Source: Catajapyx aquilonaris (taxonomy: Eukaryota). Taken from it: DNA of 35,711 nucleotides. Numbering within the stretch: position 1 is the first letter of the stretch; every line of letters starts with the position of its first letter. The notes below the pieces were generated by a model. That model made no database searches, was not told where the DNA came from, and saw only the letters and a list, made by a program, of their open reading frames with translations. Where the stretch lies: the NCBI GenBank assembly GCA_000934665.2, contig KZ539037.1, forward strand, positions 1-35,711, written 5' to 3'. The position numbers and the translations under genes were made by a program. Positions 22,437 through 34,437 of the stretch are shown here, one piece after another.

Positions 22437-22965
22437 TTTTGTAGAATTTTTCGAGAAAAATTGTCTTATAGAACGGCTCTGTCTGTGTGTCGTCTGTCTG
22501 TGGACAGGTATCAGACAGACAGAGCCGTGCTATAAGACTTTTTTCGATTTTCGGGTTACGGGATCACTATCCGCCCCTTCCCCCTGGCTGCCCCTTCCCC
22601 CCTGACCTCCCACTCCCCCCACCGACCCCTCCTCCAGATCACCATTTCCCACCTCCCTCCTCCTATCCCCTGATACCTGTCCACAGACGGACATACAGAC
22701 AGCCGTGCAATAAGACTTGTTTCGATGGATGAGAAAAGGTCTAAAATATGGGTTTGCTAGGATATATTTTTTAAAGGGGAAAGGGGCCGTCTGGGGGTAG
22801 GTGGAGAGAGGGGGGAAAGGGTAAGTCCACTTTTGGCAGAAAATGAGTTATGGGTGGTTTCAGTTTCAGTCCCAGTCCCGTGACGGACGTTGGGGACAAT
22901 AGCAGTAAACATGAAAAAGTCTACTCTAATCACGCTCACATGATTTGACAATCTTGTTTTTTTTT
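22437..22965 (+). mobile_element. Helentron-associated non-autonomous element (HINE-like), copy 1
   Basis: T-run, 5' sub-TIR (TAGAATTTTTC), (CTGT)n-like microsatellite, 3' sub-TIR GAAAAAGTCTA (22913-22923), short stem-loop AATCACGCTCACATGATT (22928-22945), terminal T-run. It is colinear with the minus-strand copy at 34771-35592. Confidence 0.75.
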
Positions 22966-22968
22966 CGT

Positions 22969-23015
22969 ATTACCCCCTGATAGGGCCATGGGTCCTTTTA
23001 GGGAGGAAGGGGAGA
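22969..23015 (-). mobile_element. Retroposon 3' tail fragment (shared SINE tail)
   Basis: The reverse complement CCTCCCTAAAAGGACCCATGGCCCTATCAGGGGGTAAT resembles the shared tail. Confidence 0.45.
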
Positions 23016-23070
23016 TTCACAAGCGGTCTTGTAGTCATTTCTGACCCTCTTAAATACCAGACCTTTTCTC

Positions 23071-23134
<64 letters not shown>

Positions 23135-23149
23135 GATTATTATTATTAT
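23071..23149. repeat. (ATT)n microsatellite
   Basis: About 26 TTA units with one interruption. Confidence 0.97.
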
Positions 23150-23179
23150 TTTGGTCACTTGTCGTGCCCCGATTCAGGT

Positions 23180-23311
23180 GCCTTATTCTATTGAAACTAC
23201 TACATTCGACCATCTGATAGTACTGAGGCCCCTGCTGGATCGGGGCACAAGCTACAAAAAAATAACTACTTCGGGCGATACGAAAACCACCCACGAACTT
23301 GGAACACCCTG
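23180..23311. mobile_element. Solo right arm of a Tc1/mariner-type MITE
   Basis: Ends GAACTTGGAACACCCTG followed by TA, the same CAGGGTGT terminus class as the element at 10089. No partner arm was found, and the left boundary is approximate. Confidence 0.45.
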
Positions 23312-23480
23312 TATAACTTTGATCAATTACCATTATACACACCAAATTAGTATTTCATGCATCTAGAATCGCCTTTCTGCTGGACATCTACTGTCAGAAA
23401 GGGTTGGTCAAAAATGACTAAATATTATGTCGGATCTATTTCCAATATATGGAATAGTCAAACTGAACTAAATATTAGCC

Positions 23481-23535
23481 TCCCCCAAAAAGGGTTATGC
23501 CCTCGTAAGGGGTTACATAATAATAAATATAAATA
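23481..23535 (+). mobile_element. 55-bp, severely 5'-truncated retroposon (tail only)
   Basis: TCCCCCAAAAAGGGTTATGCCCTCGTAAGGGGTTAC plus an A-rich tail, flanked by a perfect 15-bp TSD AACTAAATATTAGCC (23466-23480, 23536-23550). Confidence 0.8.
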
Positions 23536-24893
23536 AACTAAATATTAGCCATATTTATTACAGTCGCAGAGAGCACTACTCAAAAATGATTAAAATATGA
23601 CCCTATATTCCACTGATGTATTGGAAACAGCTTCGACAAAAAACTTACGGTACTTTTAACTAACCCGTTCTGGCAGTGTATTGAAGAAATGGAATTTTCG
23701 ATATAGAGACTACAGTACACTACATATACCTTATATTAATATACCGGTATGTTGTATAATGTGTATAAAATGCATCTATTATGTTATGGCTTTCGGTTGT
23801 TTGAGATTGAGTGCGAAGTTTATGATTTTACTTACAATATATTTATGGTTACACTTTATTGATTGTCACCTAGTGTTTGTTTGTGTCATATTTTAATATT
23901 ATTTTCATTGTGTTTTGGCTCTCCTACATAGCTGACTACCCCTTTTATAGGAAATAGCGGTGTGTTTGTTTATTTTGTTTGTTTGAAAATAACACTCGAT
24001 TTCCCATTTGTTTGAGTTAAGATTATTTGACTTCAAATTAACTTTCAATTTTCAATTTAGCCTGCGATCGATGTCTAGACCATGTTGACTTTCTATGTTA
24101 ATTTTTTTTTGGCTATCGATGCACTTTTTACACGAATTCAACATCGCGGATCGAACTCATAAAAACAACACCAAAAAACAATCGTAAACCGCTACTCCTT
24201 TTTTGTGAATACATCTCCATATGCTTTATGATTAGGAAAGTACCCTAGCACAGTGCCGTAATCGATTACTAGGTAATCACGGAATACGGCATAGCAGTGC
24301 GTGGGAGGGAAGCCCCCCCCCCTCCCCCCCATCCCCCCTCCATAATTATGGATATGCGAATCCCGCACACCCTTGAGGCGTCCCGAGCAGTGATGTTGAG
24401 GGTAGGGGAAGCTGGGACATTGCGCGTACTTATGGCGTAACAAAATGTGGCAGACGTGCCATCCGGGACTCCCAGATGGAATTTTTCAAAATTAACATTA
24501 ATGACGCGAATTTCCCTCCCGCATATTTTGAAGACTCGCCTAGAGTGAAAGGCGGGCCCCGATTAAGACAAGCAATGCGAATGTATTTAAAAAATGGTGT
24601 ATCCAGTAGGCTATATAGAGCAGGAGCTGGCATTGATCTTCCTTCTTTAACATCTCTCTCCCTCTCGTCCTTTTCCTTCCGCCCTCTCGGGGGGAGCACT
24701 TGGTTGGAGGGGGCTGGCGGGGCGGAGGGGCGGAGGGGAGCTAATCTAGGGGAGAGGAGGGGGTGGGAGTGAAGTTGGATTCCGACCTTCCGACCATGCC
24801 TCCGACCCTGAATTATCGCTCCCTTCGATTTCCCCCTTCCCCTCTCAATGCTGGAATACCCAATTCTTCAATACATACGCGCACAGTACATAC

Positions 24894-25100
24894 TAGGGCT
24901 GTGCGATATTTCGATACATCGACTGTCGATACGATATTTTCCTAATATCGAAGTTGCGATATCCGACGCTTGGCATGTTCGATGTATCGAATATCGCGAT
25001 TTTTCGATGTCGGTTTTTCGATTTTAGATATATCGACTTCGATTCGATATTTTTTAAGTATCGAAAGTCGATATGTAATTTCGGATATCGCACAGCCCTA
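24894..25100. mobile_element. 207-bp hAT-superfamily MITE
   Basis: TIR TAGGGCTGTGCGATAT / ATATCGCACAGCCCTA with a perfect 8-bp TSD GTACATAC (24886-24893, 25101-25108). The interior is saturated with CGAT/ATCG motifs. Confidence 0.92.
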
Positions 25101-25434
25101 GTACATACTGTACATACATACATTTATTCCCCCCCCCCCCCCCNCCCCCCCCCCCAATTTGGGCAGGATATAATTAGGAGGAGCCCTTATTTCCACCTCT
25201 TCTTGGGTTTGTGAGGAATCTTCTCGGCGGGAAAATAATGGGCCTCAGCGTATGCTAAATGCTAATGCAGACTCGGCCGTTCTACTGGGTGGGGGGTAGA
25301 CATGCAGCATCGTCTACCTCCCCAACCAGGCTCCAGCTCACCATCCCAGTGTTGCCTCTAATGAGGAGGTGGAGGCTTTTTGGAGGTTGGCTAGAGCTGG
25401 GGTGTGGTGGGGAGAGAGACCAAGCGAGAGATCA

Positions 25435-25900
25435 ACTAGATGCGCGTCTCATAGGCGGGCTGTATATGGTGTAGTCTGAAATTCTGGTTTGTTGAGGGGG
25501 AATGTAGTACATCGTAATTTGTGTTCCGACTCCAAGGCGGGACCTAAGGCGTGAAAAAATATCGGTTTCAATCCGGAGGCGGAACATGTATTACAGTGTT
25601 GGGGTGTATAGGATTAATCTTTGAGGTGGAATAAGTCGGTAGGATATACTGTACAAGAAGGGTGTCGAAATGGCATCTGATGTTCACAGATGCATCGGTA
25701 AGCACGTTAAAGGCTTTGCTGGCATAGTGACAAGTATATACGGAGCCGACGGAGTGCCAGAGTACAATGCTGGACTTGAAGCAGTAGCGGATATTCCCGC
25801 GAACTGTCGCAGTATTGAATATACGTAGGCTATATAGTTGTATAGTGCCTCCTATCTTGGAGTACGGTACCGCAGGATTTGGATTGCATATAAGGGACCA
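25435..25900 (-). pseudogene. Possible decayed 3' part of a LINE ORF2 (L2/CR1 group)
   Basis: The minus strand gives HYTTI*PTYIQYCDS and, further on, TARL*DAH. These loosely match P.L.YC and A.LWN.LP in the expected order. Weak. Confidence 0.3.
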
Positions 25901-27183
25901 CTCTCAAGTCGCGTATGGTGGACTATGAGTGCGAGCGAGTGCCCTTCTGCGGGCGATTGTGTCAACTCCAGATAGATCTATACTCGCACCAGATGACGGT
26001 TAGTTCCACGCGGAAGGGCACGAGTAGTCCATCACACGCACGTAATATGGGAACAGGCGTCAACAACTCTCCACGTATTTTGCCTATTGTTGCAGTGTGT
26101 TTGTGTATACTCAACTGAAAAGCTACAGGAAACTTCTCTTTTATTTAAAATTATATGCTAGGATTATCGTTCTGCTATTGCTGAATATCAGCTGAACCAC
26201 CATGTAGGCCTACTCCATGTTTATACTCTCAAGTCAGCGAAGATCTCCTTAGCTTCAAAACATCAATTATTCCACCACAGTCGAAACCTGTTTTATTCAT
26301 CCCCGGGCTGGAATCGGAGGTAAACGTTTAATTGCAGAAGCCAACTCCCCATATTTTTTTTTTCCTGAGGAACCGTCATTTCTGCAGATGACAAGTTAGT
26401 ATCGGATGAGACTGTGAGGACTGCTGTATACTGGACTATATAGTAAAATCCACAGGGCGCAGCGTGAACGCGAGCTCCAGGAGAGCCTCATGGGAAATCA
26501 GGCGGAGAGGAAGCTCTCTCCCTCTCCCCCGCCTCCCCCTTGCTGCCATCGTAGCAAGGCCTTGGACCGCAGGCGAGGACAAAGAGGACGTGGGTGCATT
26601 GTTGCGGTGGACAGGCGGTTTCTGAACCAGGTCCTAGCATCAAGGGGCATCCTATTTGCGCGCGGTTGGCAGCCAAGCACGACAGATATAGAATTTATTC
26701 CATGATTTACCCCCCCCCCCCCCCCTTCTNCCCCCCCCCTTCGATATAGGGCGGGGGGGGGGGGGGGTTGGAATGTAAACCGTCATTTACTTATTTATTC
26801 CAGCCCAGTGCTGGGTCCGGACACTGGTGGTTCACGGTGGGAGGTAGTGGTGACCGGGTTCTATGTTGCTATGGGGGGGGATATCGGAGGTGTATGGTTA
26901 GTTTGCGGGGCATATTGAGAGGGTATATTAACAATCACTGCAGGGTGTAATGGCGGAGCAGGAAGTGTGGTTGCTTTGGAGTAGGCTGTTAGGTGCTACT
27001 ATAGCTTGGAGCCGTGATTGTAGTGTAGTTTTTTTTATTATTTGGGTGGAACATTTTCTGATGCTAATTTTGAAGGGTTCCTTTTGAAGTGTCTGTAGTG
27101 AGGTTATGAAAAATATACGGAAGCTGCGAATATCCTACATTGCTTTTAATTACTGTAGCCTAGCTGTAAGCTCCTAAGATGTA

Positions 27184-27450
27184 AGTAGTTAGAAAAATCG
27201 GAGTCCCATGCCACTTCGGATATAGTAGACCAGAGTCCCACGCCAGATAATCCCCTACAATATTTTACCGATTTTAACAACTTTTAACGAAAATTTCACG
27301 TGTTAAAATATCGTCTCAACGGAATAATGGTCGTTACACATCTTAACGTGAAATTAATGTTAAAAATCGTGAAAATGATGTTAAAATTCGTTAAATCATA
27401 TGGCGTGGGACTCTGGTCTACGATATGGGACTCCGATTTTTCTAACTACT
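27184..27450. mobile_element. 267-bp MITE-like element with Polinton/Maverick-type ends
   Basis: Perfect TIR AGTAGTTAGAAAAATCGGAGTCCCAT / ATGGGACTCCGATTTTTCTAACTACT, and an inner IR GTAGACCAGAGTCCCACGCCA (27225-27245) / 27401-27421. Flanks are GATGTA (27178-27183) and GATGCA (27451-27456). The structure is certain; the family is inferred. Confidence 0.7.
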
Positions 27451-28101
27451 GATGCAGCCTGTACTATTCAATACCTGTCAGATGCAAGTTGCATTTTAAA
27501 TTCAGAAATTCATCGCCATTCGCAGGGCCTTAAAGTCAACCTATAATAATAGCAACTACTGTAGACTTCATTGACAGCAACTGAAAGTAACCGCTTAATA
27601 AAAGCCGCATCATTCCAAAAATACTAAGTTAAATACAGAGCAGAAGGCAGAGCAGTGTACTTCCTGTTCGCAAAAAAAGCGAAACGATAGAGCCGACATA
27701 CTTATGACTGGCAATTCCATAACCTATTTGCAAAACCTGTCATATGTATATAGTATTGGATCGTCGAGGCTGGGTGATGGGAGGGGGGGGGNCACAGACT
27801 GGGGGGGGGGGGGAGATGGGAAGACTCAATTCCACCTAAAATTAGCTTCTCGGCATAGAAAGGGCTGCGTTCTCAATGACGTCATGATTTCTTGATGTGG
27901 TATTTGGAAAATCCTACCAATTTCACATATCCTTGGAATGAAACTTCTGAATGTCATGTGGCATTGCGAAATTGGGGGAAATTTTATAAAGTGAAATTGA
28001 TACCTAATTAATCTGTCATTAGCCAATGTCGTTAATGATTATCAGAATTAATTGCCACAATGCACTCTAACTTTTAAAAGAGTGTGTTCCAGTCACTGTA
28101 T

Positions 28102-28416
28102 TTTTTTTCCTTACCTCATTGGGAGAATCATCGCTCCTTTCTATTTTTCTGAATTTTTCTTCTGTAACTCCGTACAGAGGAGAAAGGGAAATGAGGAAGG
28201 GAATGGGGATTTGATGGGGAAGGGACACGGGTGCAAGTGCAATATCTCAAACTGGGCCATGTGCAGTCCCCCAGGAGATCAGGTTGCCAGACACCTCCAA
28301 GGCACGGGTCAGAGACGTCATGACGTAGGCGAAAGGGAACTCCCAGGCTGGGATCGAACCTGGGACCTTTCGCTCAGAAAGCCGATACGTTACCATCTCG
28401 GCCACCGCACCTCCCC
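28102..28416 (-). mobile_element. Full-length tRNA-derived SINE (type A), copy 2
   Basis: The minus strand starts GGGGAGGTGCGGTGGCCGAGATGGTAACG...GGTTCGATCCC, and the body is homologous to 22140-22336. TSD AGTCACTGTAT at 28091-28101 and 28417-28427. Confidence 0.9.
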
Positions 28417-30944
28417 AGTCACTGTATAATTATATTATGGGAACATAGTTTGACTAACAATACGTGAGGTGTGGTGAAATATTAATTTTATTGTCATGTG
28501 GATAGGAAATGTCTATACTCTTATTTGCATCATTATTTTAGGGCAAACACGATGAGAGAAGAATGAACACTCACATTTGGAGTATGTCCCGAAGTATGGA
28601 GTGCGAATATACATAGAGGGACAGGGGTTGTCGACATGAAAGCAGACGTATGCTGTGCAATAGGCTACACTATGAGCGATAAATAAGTTGTGAATAGGAA
28701 GGTCGCTAAATCTAATTCAACGTTGCAATGGTTGCTTCCTTCTTGTTGCAATGCATAGACCTAGAGCATATCAGACGTTATCTTTGTTATACAGATAACT
28801 TAAGAAGGGAACCCACATAGCTTCTGTGGCTAACGTCACATGTTTGTTAATGGATGCAGTGCAGTGTGCTGAATTGGTCGACTCTTTCACATTAATAATA
28901 ATAATAATAATAGCTCTCGCCTTTTTGTTGAATCCGTAGCTGCCCACATTTAAACGAAATGAAACCCTTCTACAGAGAGAGCCTTGGCCTAATATGAAAT
29001 TAATCCACCATTTGTTTAGTGAATTCAATAAGGCTAATAACACCACATTGCTAAGAAAACACAATTTCTAAAGTGCCTTGTGTCGTAGGACACTGGATGG
29101 CTCGAGTTCAGGACAAGGCAGGTAGGGAAGGATCGAATGGCTATACAGGTGCTCTTCTCTATTACTCTTCTGAGCACACAGCTCAATAAAACAACCACAA
29201 ACGAGGGTTTGACCTACCTCTCACAAAGAAATCCCCAAGAAGTGTCCCTCTCTTTCACCCCTCCAAAAAGAGAGACCTTCCACTTTTACGACTGGTCACT
29301 CAGACCCAGAGGAAGTAATATGTCTCGCCCGTCAATGAGCCAATCTCCGCATGCAATTTGACACATTCCAACACCCTCCTGAACCGGATGACCCCAAGGG
29401 GGCAATAATGACAATTTTTGGGAAATATATTTTTTTAAATGATTTGTGAACGCATCTTAATCTCCACTTGTGAAATTTGATGCCGTTCTAAATTTTGGTA
29501 AGAAAACTCCCCCGTCGGCAGCAGAAGCGCCCCATACTCCCTCTCTGGCACGAGAACCCCACCTGTTCCCCTTCTACCTTCCCTCACCCCATAATGGCCC
29601 TAAAGGCGGAAATGCTCACGCGACGCTCTGAGCGATACAGAAATACATGCTACAATACTGAACATATAGGATATTTCCGATATGCACACATTGATTACTT
29701 GGGACAATATCTATTGCCCCGTTTTTGTTGCCAGCCCTGCCTGCATGGTATGAAAGCCATAAGGTGGGGGCATTCCCCCCTGCACTTCAATTTTAATTTA
29801 TGTGCAGCATTAAATTCACTGCTAAATTTTAATTAGTGCTGTAAATGTGCCTCGCTTGGCTTTCAAAGTGTCTGGAAACGATCTGAAACAATTGTTGAAG
29901 TGCATGCCTGCAGGCTTATTATGGCGACGCATAATAGTCGTACAGTACCTCACTGGTCGTGTCTCATGTGGAGGTACTTTACGACGAAAAACTTATATGA
30001 AGTGCTTTCTTTGTCAGTTCGGGGAAGCTTAAAAACAGACATGATATCTAATATTGCGAACGTTAGCTGGGAGCAGTCACATAAGGAATATGAATAGTAT
30101 TCAGGTTCAAATATGCAATTTACTCCAATATATTGACATGGTACTTGTGAAAATGCTAGCTGGCCAACATTACTGTAGGGAACCGTGAGATATATGCCAT
30201 ATTACGTTGGTGCTGCCAACAACAAAGTTAGAAACGTCAGGGCATAGCCTGCACTACGAGGAGCCTCAAAATGGCGCCAGTAGTACACATAACTCAAAAG
30301 GTTGGAGCACATAGAAATGGGCGGTCGACTTGCACACCTCGCAAGATCTGTGCTGCAATTTCAACTGCATGCTTTAGAGTCAATAAATAAATGGATATTG
30401 AATATTAGTCTGCTTAATATATATAGTGAATTCTGCAAATTGACGAATATTACCAAATGGTGCTATATGGATGTGAGGTTGAGAGAGAGTGGCGACCCTC
30501 CACCTCCGTCCTATACGCACGAAGTATAATTTATTAACATATACTCTTGAGGGCATGAGAGTAAGACTTGGTCCCGAGTATACCACCGCAGACTCCTAGT
30601 TTCATCATGTATTTATTTACGCTTCGCCAGACGAATTCGCAAGCGCTTGAAATCAGGATACTAATCCGTTTGCATTGATTTTTGTTCGTGGTTTTTCAAA
30701 TGAGTGTTGTTGTGTGATTGTATTGATATAATTCATGATATTTGCGCATTTTTTCACACCCATTGTGTGATGGATATATAGGGATGGGGAGGATGGGGGT
30801 TAAAAACCGAATATCAGTTGAAAATACTTTCGTATTCATATTTACTTTGCTTGTTTTATTCAATTCCAATATTCCCCTATAAAATTGCTATACAGTATAG
30901 CCTGTATAGGTCTATATAGTCATGATATACGAGGACACTGTGAT

Positions 30945-31050
30945 AGCATAGTGGTATAGTGGTTTAGACACTTTCCACCATTGAGGTCGTATGTTCTATC
31001 CTCTGGTCGGTCAATTGATTTTCATGTGGGATAGAAGTTTACTATTGGGT
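30945..31050 (+). mobile_element. Degenerate 5' part of the V-SINE-like element
   Basis: GTGGTATAGTGGTTTAG..CTTTCCACCATTGAGGTC..GTTCTATCC..TGGTCGG..ATGTGGGATAGAAGTTT aligns with 21802-21900. Confidence 0.6.
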
Positions 31051-31141
31051 TAATAAAATTTAAATTAATCAAGAAATGATACTGTGGGCAGAATGATTTA
31101 TGCATAGACTATGTGAAATCTAGTGAGAAAAATTGGTTCAT

Positions 31142-31474
31142 TTTTTTAAATGTAGGCCTACCCCGTTCTTGGACCTTGGGCCCTTTTTAGGGGAGTGGGA
31201 TACCACCATTTGTTGGAACCATATACTGGATATGTTTAGTTGTTCCAAGGGTAAGTAGGAGGGGGTGTGCAAAGTGCAAGTGCAATGTCGTATATTGGTC
31301 ATTTTGTGAACTCCCCCGGGTGGATTAGTCTATAGCGGAAATTTCCACCCGAGACGATGCCAGAAATGGCCCAACTCTGCACGAGATGAAGGGGGGAACC
31401 CCGGGCTGGGATTGAACCCGGGACCTTAACATCCGTGGGCACGGGCGTTACCGCAGCACCACTCCGCCTCCCTC
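31142..31474 (-). mobile_element. Full-length tRNA-derived SINE (type B)
   Basis: The minus strand starts GAGGGAGGCGGAGTGGTGCTGCGGTAACG, with B box GGTTCAATCCC. It shares GTGCAAGTGCAATGTCG with type A, and its tail is ATGGTGGTATCCCACTCCCCTAAAAAGGGCCCAAGGTCCAAGAACGGGGTA. TSD AAAATTGGTTCAT at 31129-31141 and 31475-31487. Confidence 0.9.
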
Positions 31475-31559
31475 AAAATTGGTTCATACTCTAATTAGCA
31501 CATTTTACAGTTTTAATGTTTTACAGTACACAGTGCATAAGATCTTGTCCGTCTCTCCT

Positions 31560-32086
31560 GGGCCTGTATTCTCGTAGTGCCGAATGGTTCGTACTGACGA
31601 GCGATGACATCAAAATGACGTGAACTGATCGGCTGCTTTCACGGGATTGGAACGCCGGCGGTTAGGCCCCGCCCCATACCCCCGCTTTTTGTTGCCGGAC
31701 GTTCGGTTCCGAATTCGGTGCTGTAATGTCAATAACGATTCGGTTGCCAAGCAGCTTCGAGTTTGAATTGAGCAATCATATGGTGGCCAACATGAACCGT
31801 ATGTTGAGGAAGCAGCAGGTGATAACGACAATGACTCGGCCAGGAAAATTCGACGGGAAAACCTAACAAATTCGCATTCTGCCCGATGATTGGTCCTTCC
31901 CATTGTAATTCTCAATCGGGGCCTATACCGAGGCATTGTTTATTAATATTATTGATCGGAACCTACAGAGTTCGAACGGGTTCAAACGTGTTGATATTGA
32001 CCGATTTCGTTTGCCACACTCCCTCCCCTCGGCTAGCGTCATCGTTCGTCAGTGCGAACCGCTCGGTTCGACGAGAATACAGGCCC
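31560..32086. mobile_element. ~527-bp PIF/Harbinger-like MITE
   Basis: ~50-bp imperfect TIR GGGCCTGTATTCTCGTAGTGCCGAATGGTTCGTACTGACGAGCGATGAC / GTCATCGTTCGTCAGTGCGAACCGCTCGGTTCGACGAGAATACAGGCCC. A GGGCC/GGCC start is typical of Harbinger. The 3-bp TSD is imperfect (CTG/CCG). Confidence 0.7.
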
Positions 32087-32253
32087 CGATTTTTTTTAAA
32101 AAAGTGTATGATTGATCAGTTTCATAATATGCAATGTAACGCAATCTCCAATATGAGACCAGGTCTCATGCATGAAAAATCGATATGCTTAGAGCATTTT
32201 GAAAATACTGTAGACTATTAGAACTTTTACAACCAGGCACCTCTAATTATTAT

Positions 32254-32584
32254 CAGTGTGTTTCAACTTTTTTGTCCGAACAGTTATCGGAAAATTGCAC
32301 GTAGCTGCTACTCTGTAAGCAGTGACTTGCAACCGGTGATTTGTCGGAGGATTGGGGAATGGGGAAAAAGAGGGTCACACATCCCATGGCATGTGTGACC
32401 CTCTTTTTTTACAGGCTTAACCCTCAATTTTCAGCGGGCATCACGTATGCCACTTCAACCTACAATTCGCAGGGACTATTCCCCGTTCCTCCGAAAAATC
32501 ACCGTTTGCAAGTCACTGCTTACAAAGTAGCAGCTACGTGCAATTTTCCTATAACTGTTCGGACAAAAAAGTTGAAACACTCTG
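32254..32584. mobile_element. Tc1/mariner-type MITE, copy 2 of the 10089 family
   Basis: Colinear and highly similar to 10089-10418, including the internal palindrome. Ends GTTGAAACACTCTG followed by TA. Confidence 0.9.
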
Positions 32585-33127
32585 TATATGGTAGGGGCAG
32601 GGAGCTGTGGATTATTTATACCGTATAGTAACCTGTCACGACCACAACGATTTGTTTCTCACTATCTCATGTGACATAAACAAATGAAGCCATGAGTGCG
32701 TATGATGTAGCCTAAGAATAATTACTTTATAAATTTATTTTGCTTCATACCATTGTTAGACAGTGAAAAACTGACTACTGTATTCTGTATACAGTATAGT
32801 CAGTTTGCAGTCAGTATGCAGATTCGAACTCTGTCCAGAGAACTTTCCAGGGTAGGCGTATATACTTTTGCGCGACGACTTGTAAAAATAGTCAAACAGA
32901 CTAGGTTTTTAAAAAAGTGCGTGAACATGCCTCAATCAGCATGTATAATATGAGGTGAGGGTGTTAGCAGCATCGCCTCAGTTGTTAGTCCAATTTGTAC
33001 TGCCTGAACTGACGAGTAAACAGTAAGTGCCGCATATCGCTGATGTGTGTACAGTATAGAAGCGCGTACAAAAAAACATGACCCGATAGCCAGGGAACGA
33101 CAGACTCGGCAATACATAGGGATCTGG

Positions 33128-33584
33128 AAAGGACAATAAAGCACAAAATGTATGGGCCAGTGGCCTTCCGTTCGATTTGCCTGAAAATTGGATATGTTGT
33201 AGCCCAGACTGTCCTGATCAATGTTAGATAGGGACATTTCGAGGTAGGACCTACAGGGAGCGTGATAATGACCTCCGAAGGTACTATGGGGAGTATAGTA
33301 ACTACTCCCCATATTATATTAGCACGCTCCCTGTACGTCCTACCTCGAAATGTCCCTATCCAACATTGATCAGGACGGTCTGGGCTACAACATATCCCAT
33401 TTTCAGGCAAATCGAACGGAAAACCAGAACGTGTCCCATAGTACCTTCGGAGGTCATTAGCACGCTCCCTGTAGGTCCTACCTCGAAATGTCCCTATCTA
33501 ACATTGATCAGGACAGTCTGGGCTACAACATATCCAATTTTCAGGCAAATCGAACTGGCCCATATATTTTGTGCCTTGTCCTTT
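33128..33584. mobile_element. Fold-back MITE with a duplicated right arm (possibly Kolobok/T2-like ends)
   Basis: The left arm 33128-33290 is the reverse complement of 33435-33584. An extra ~105-bp copy of the right arm lies at 33318-33422. Ends are AAAGGACA...TGTCCTTT. Confidence 0.85.
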
Positions 33585-33659
33585 GAAAAACATTGTAATA
33601 TTGTTAGCCCATTATGAAATCACATATATTGAGTAATACCCGGGCCCATGAGCAAGGTG

Positions 33660-33773
33660 CGTTCCCCTGGGTGGTTAGTCAGCCGGGAATCCCACCCGAG
33701 ACGAAACCACCGCAAACGACATGAGATCGAACCCAGGACCCGGAGTTACCACTGCCCCACTCCACTTCCACTC
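33660..33773 (-). mobile_element. Deleted copy of SINE type B
   Basis: CCCCTGGGTGGTTAGTC...CCACCCGAGACGA...GATCGAACCCAGGACC...GTTACCACTGCCCCACTCCACTTCCACTC aligns with 31312-31474. Confidence 0.7.
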
Positions 33774-34437
33774 AGAAAAAAAAACCAATATTCCAGACAC
33801 AGTCCTGAAGCCTATTGTGGCCTGACCGCAGGCTTGCTCGCAGGCCTTGTGACCGGGGCAGACCGGAGCCTGGAAAGGGAGTCGAAGTGGATGATCGCAA
33901 TGGGAACGCATCCCAGAATCCAATTTCCCCTTTTGCCCTAGCAGGGGGAAAAAGAAGAGGCGTTGGCGGCGGTGGTGATGGTGGAACTGGGGTAAGGGAT
34001 GATAAAAAGTGACGAGAGACGAGGCGGTGGCGGGACAGCCTGGGCGCGGGGAGAGAGGGAGGGAGGGAGTGAGTCCTCTCGGCTGTGGTGGATCGGGGAG
34101 TTGAAGCCTGTGTGGTAACGGGTGCATTGATCCGTAGAAGCGAGAGCGGGACTGAATGGACGTCGCCAATTTGTAATTTGGCGCCCAAGATGCGGCATGA
34201 TGATACGCATATGTACTTGTAATTAAACCATGGAATCAGAAAACGGACTATGTTACATCGAAAATGAATAATTGGCATTACACTTGTTCCGAGCCTCTAT
34301 GTACGCCCAGCGGATTGGTGAATCCATAGCGATACAGGGTGTCACGAAGAACGGTAGCCGTGTCTAGGCTCACTGTCTGCGCCAAAAGTGTAGCGTTTTC
34401 TGATTCCATGGTCCAATTCGCCAAATTTATGAAAAAA

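Noticed and set aside
22970..23345. Poly-Ile and poly-Asn ORFs
   Set aside because: Translations of the (ATT)n microsatellite.
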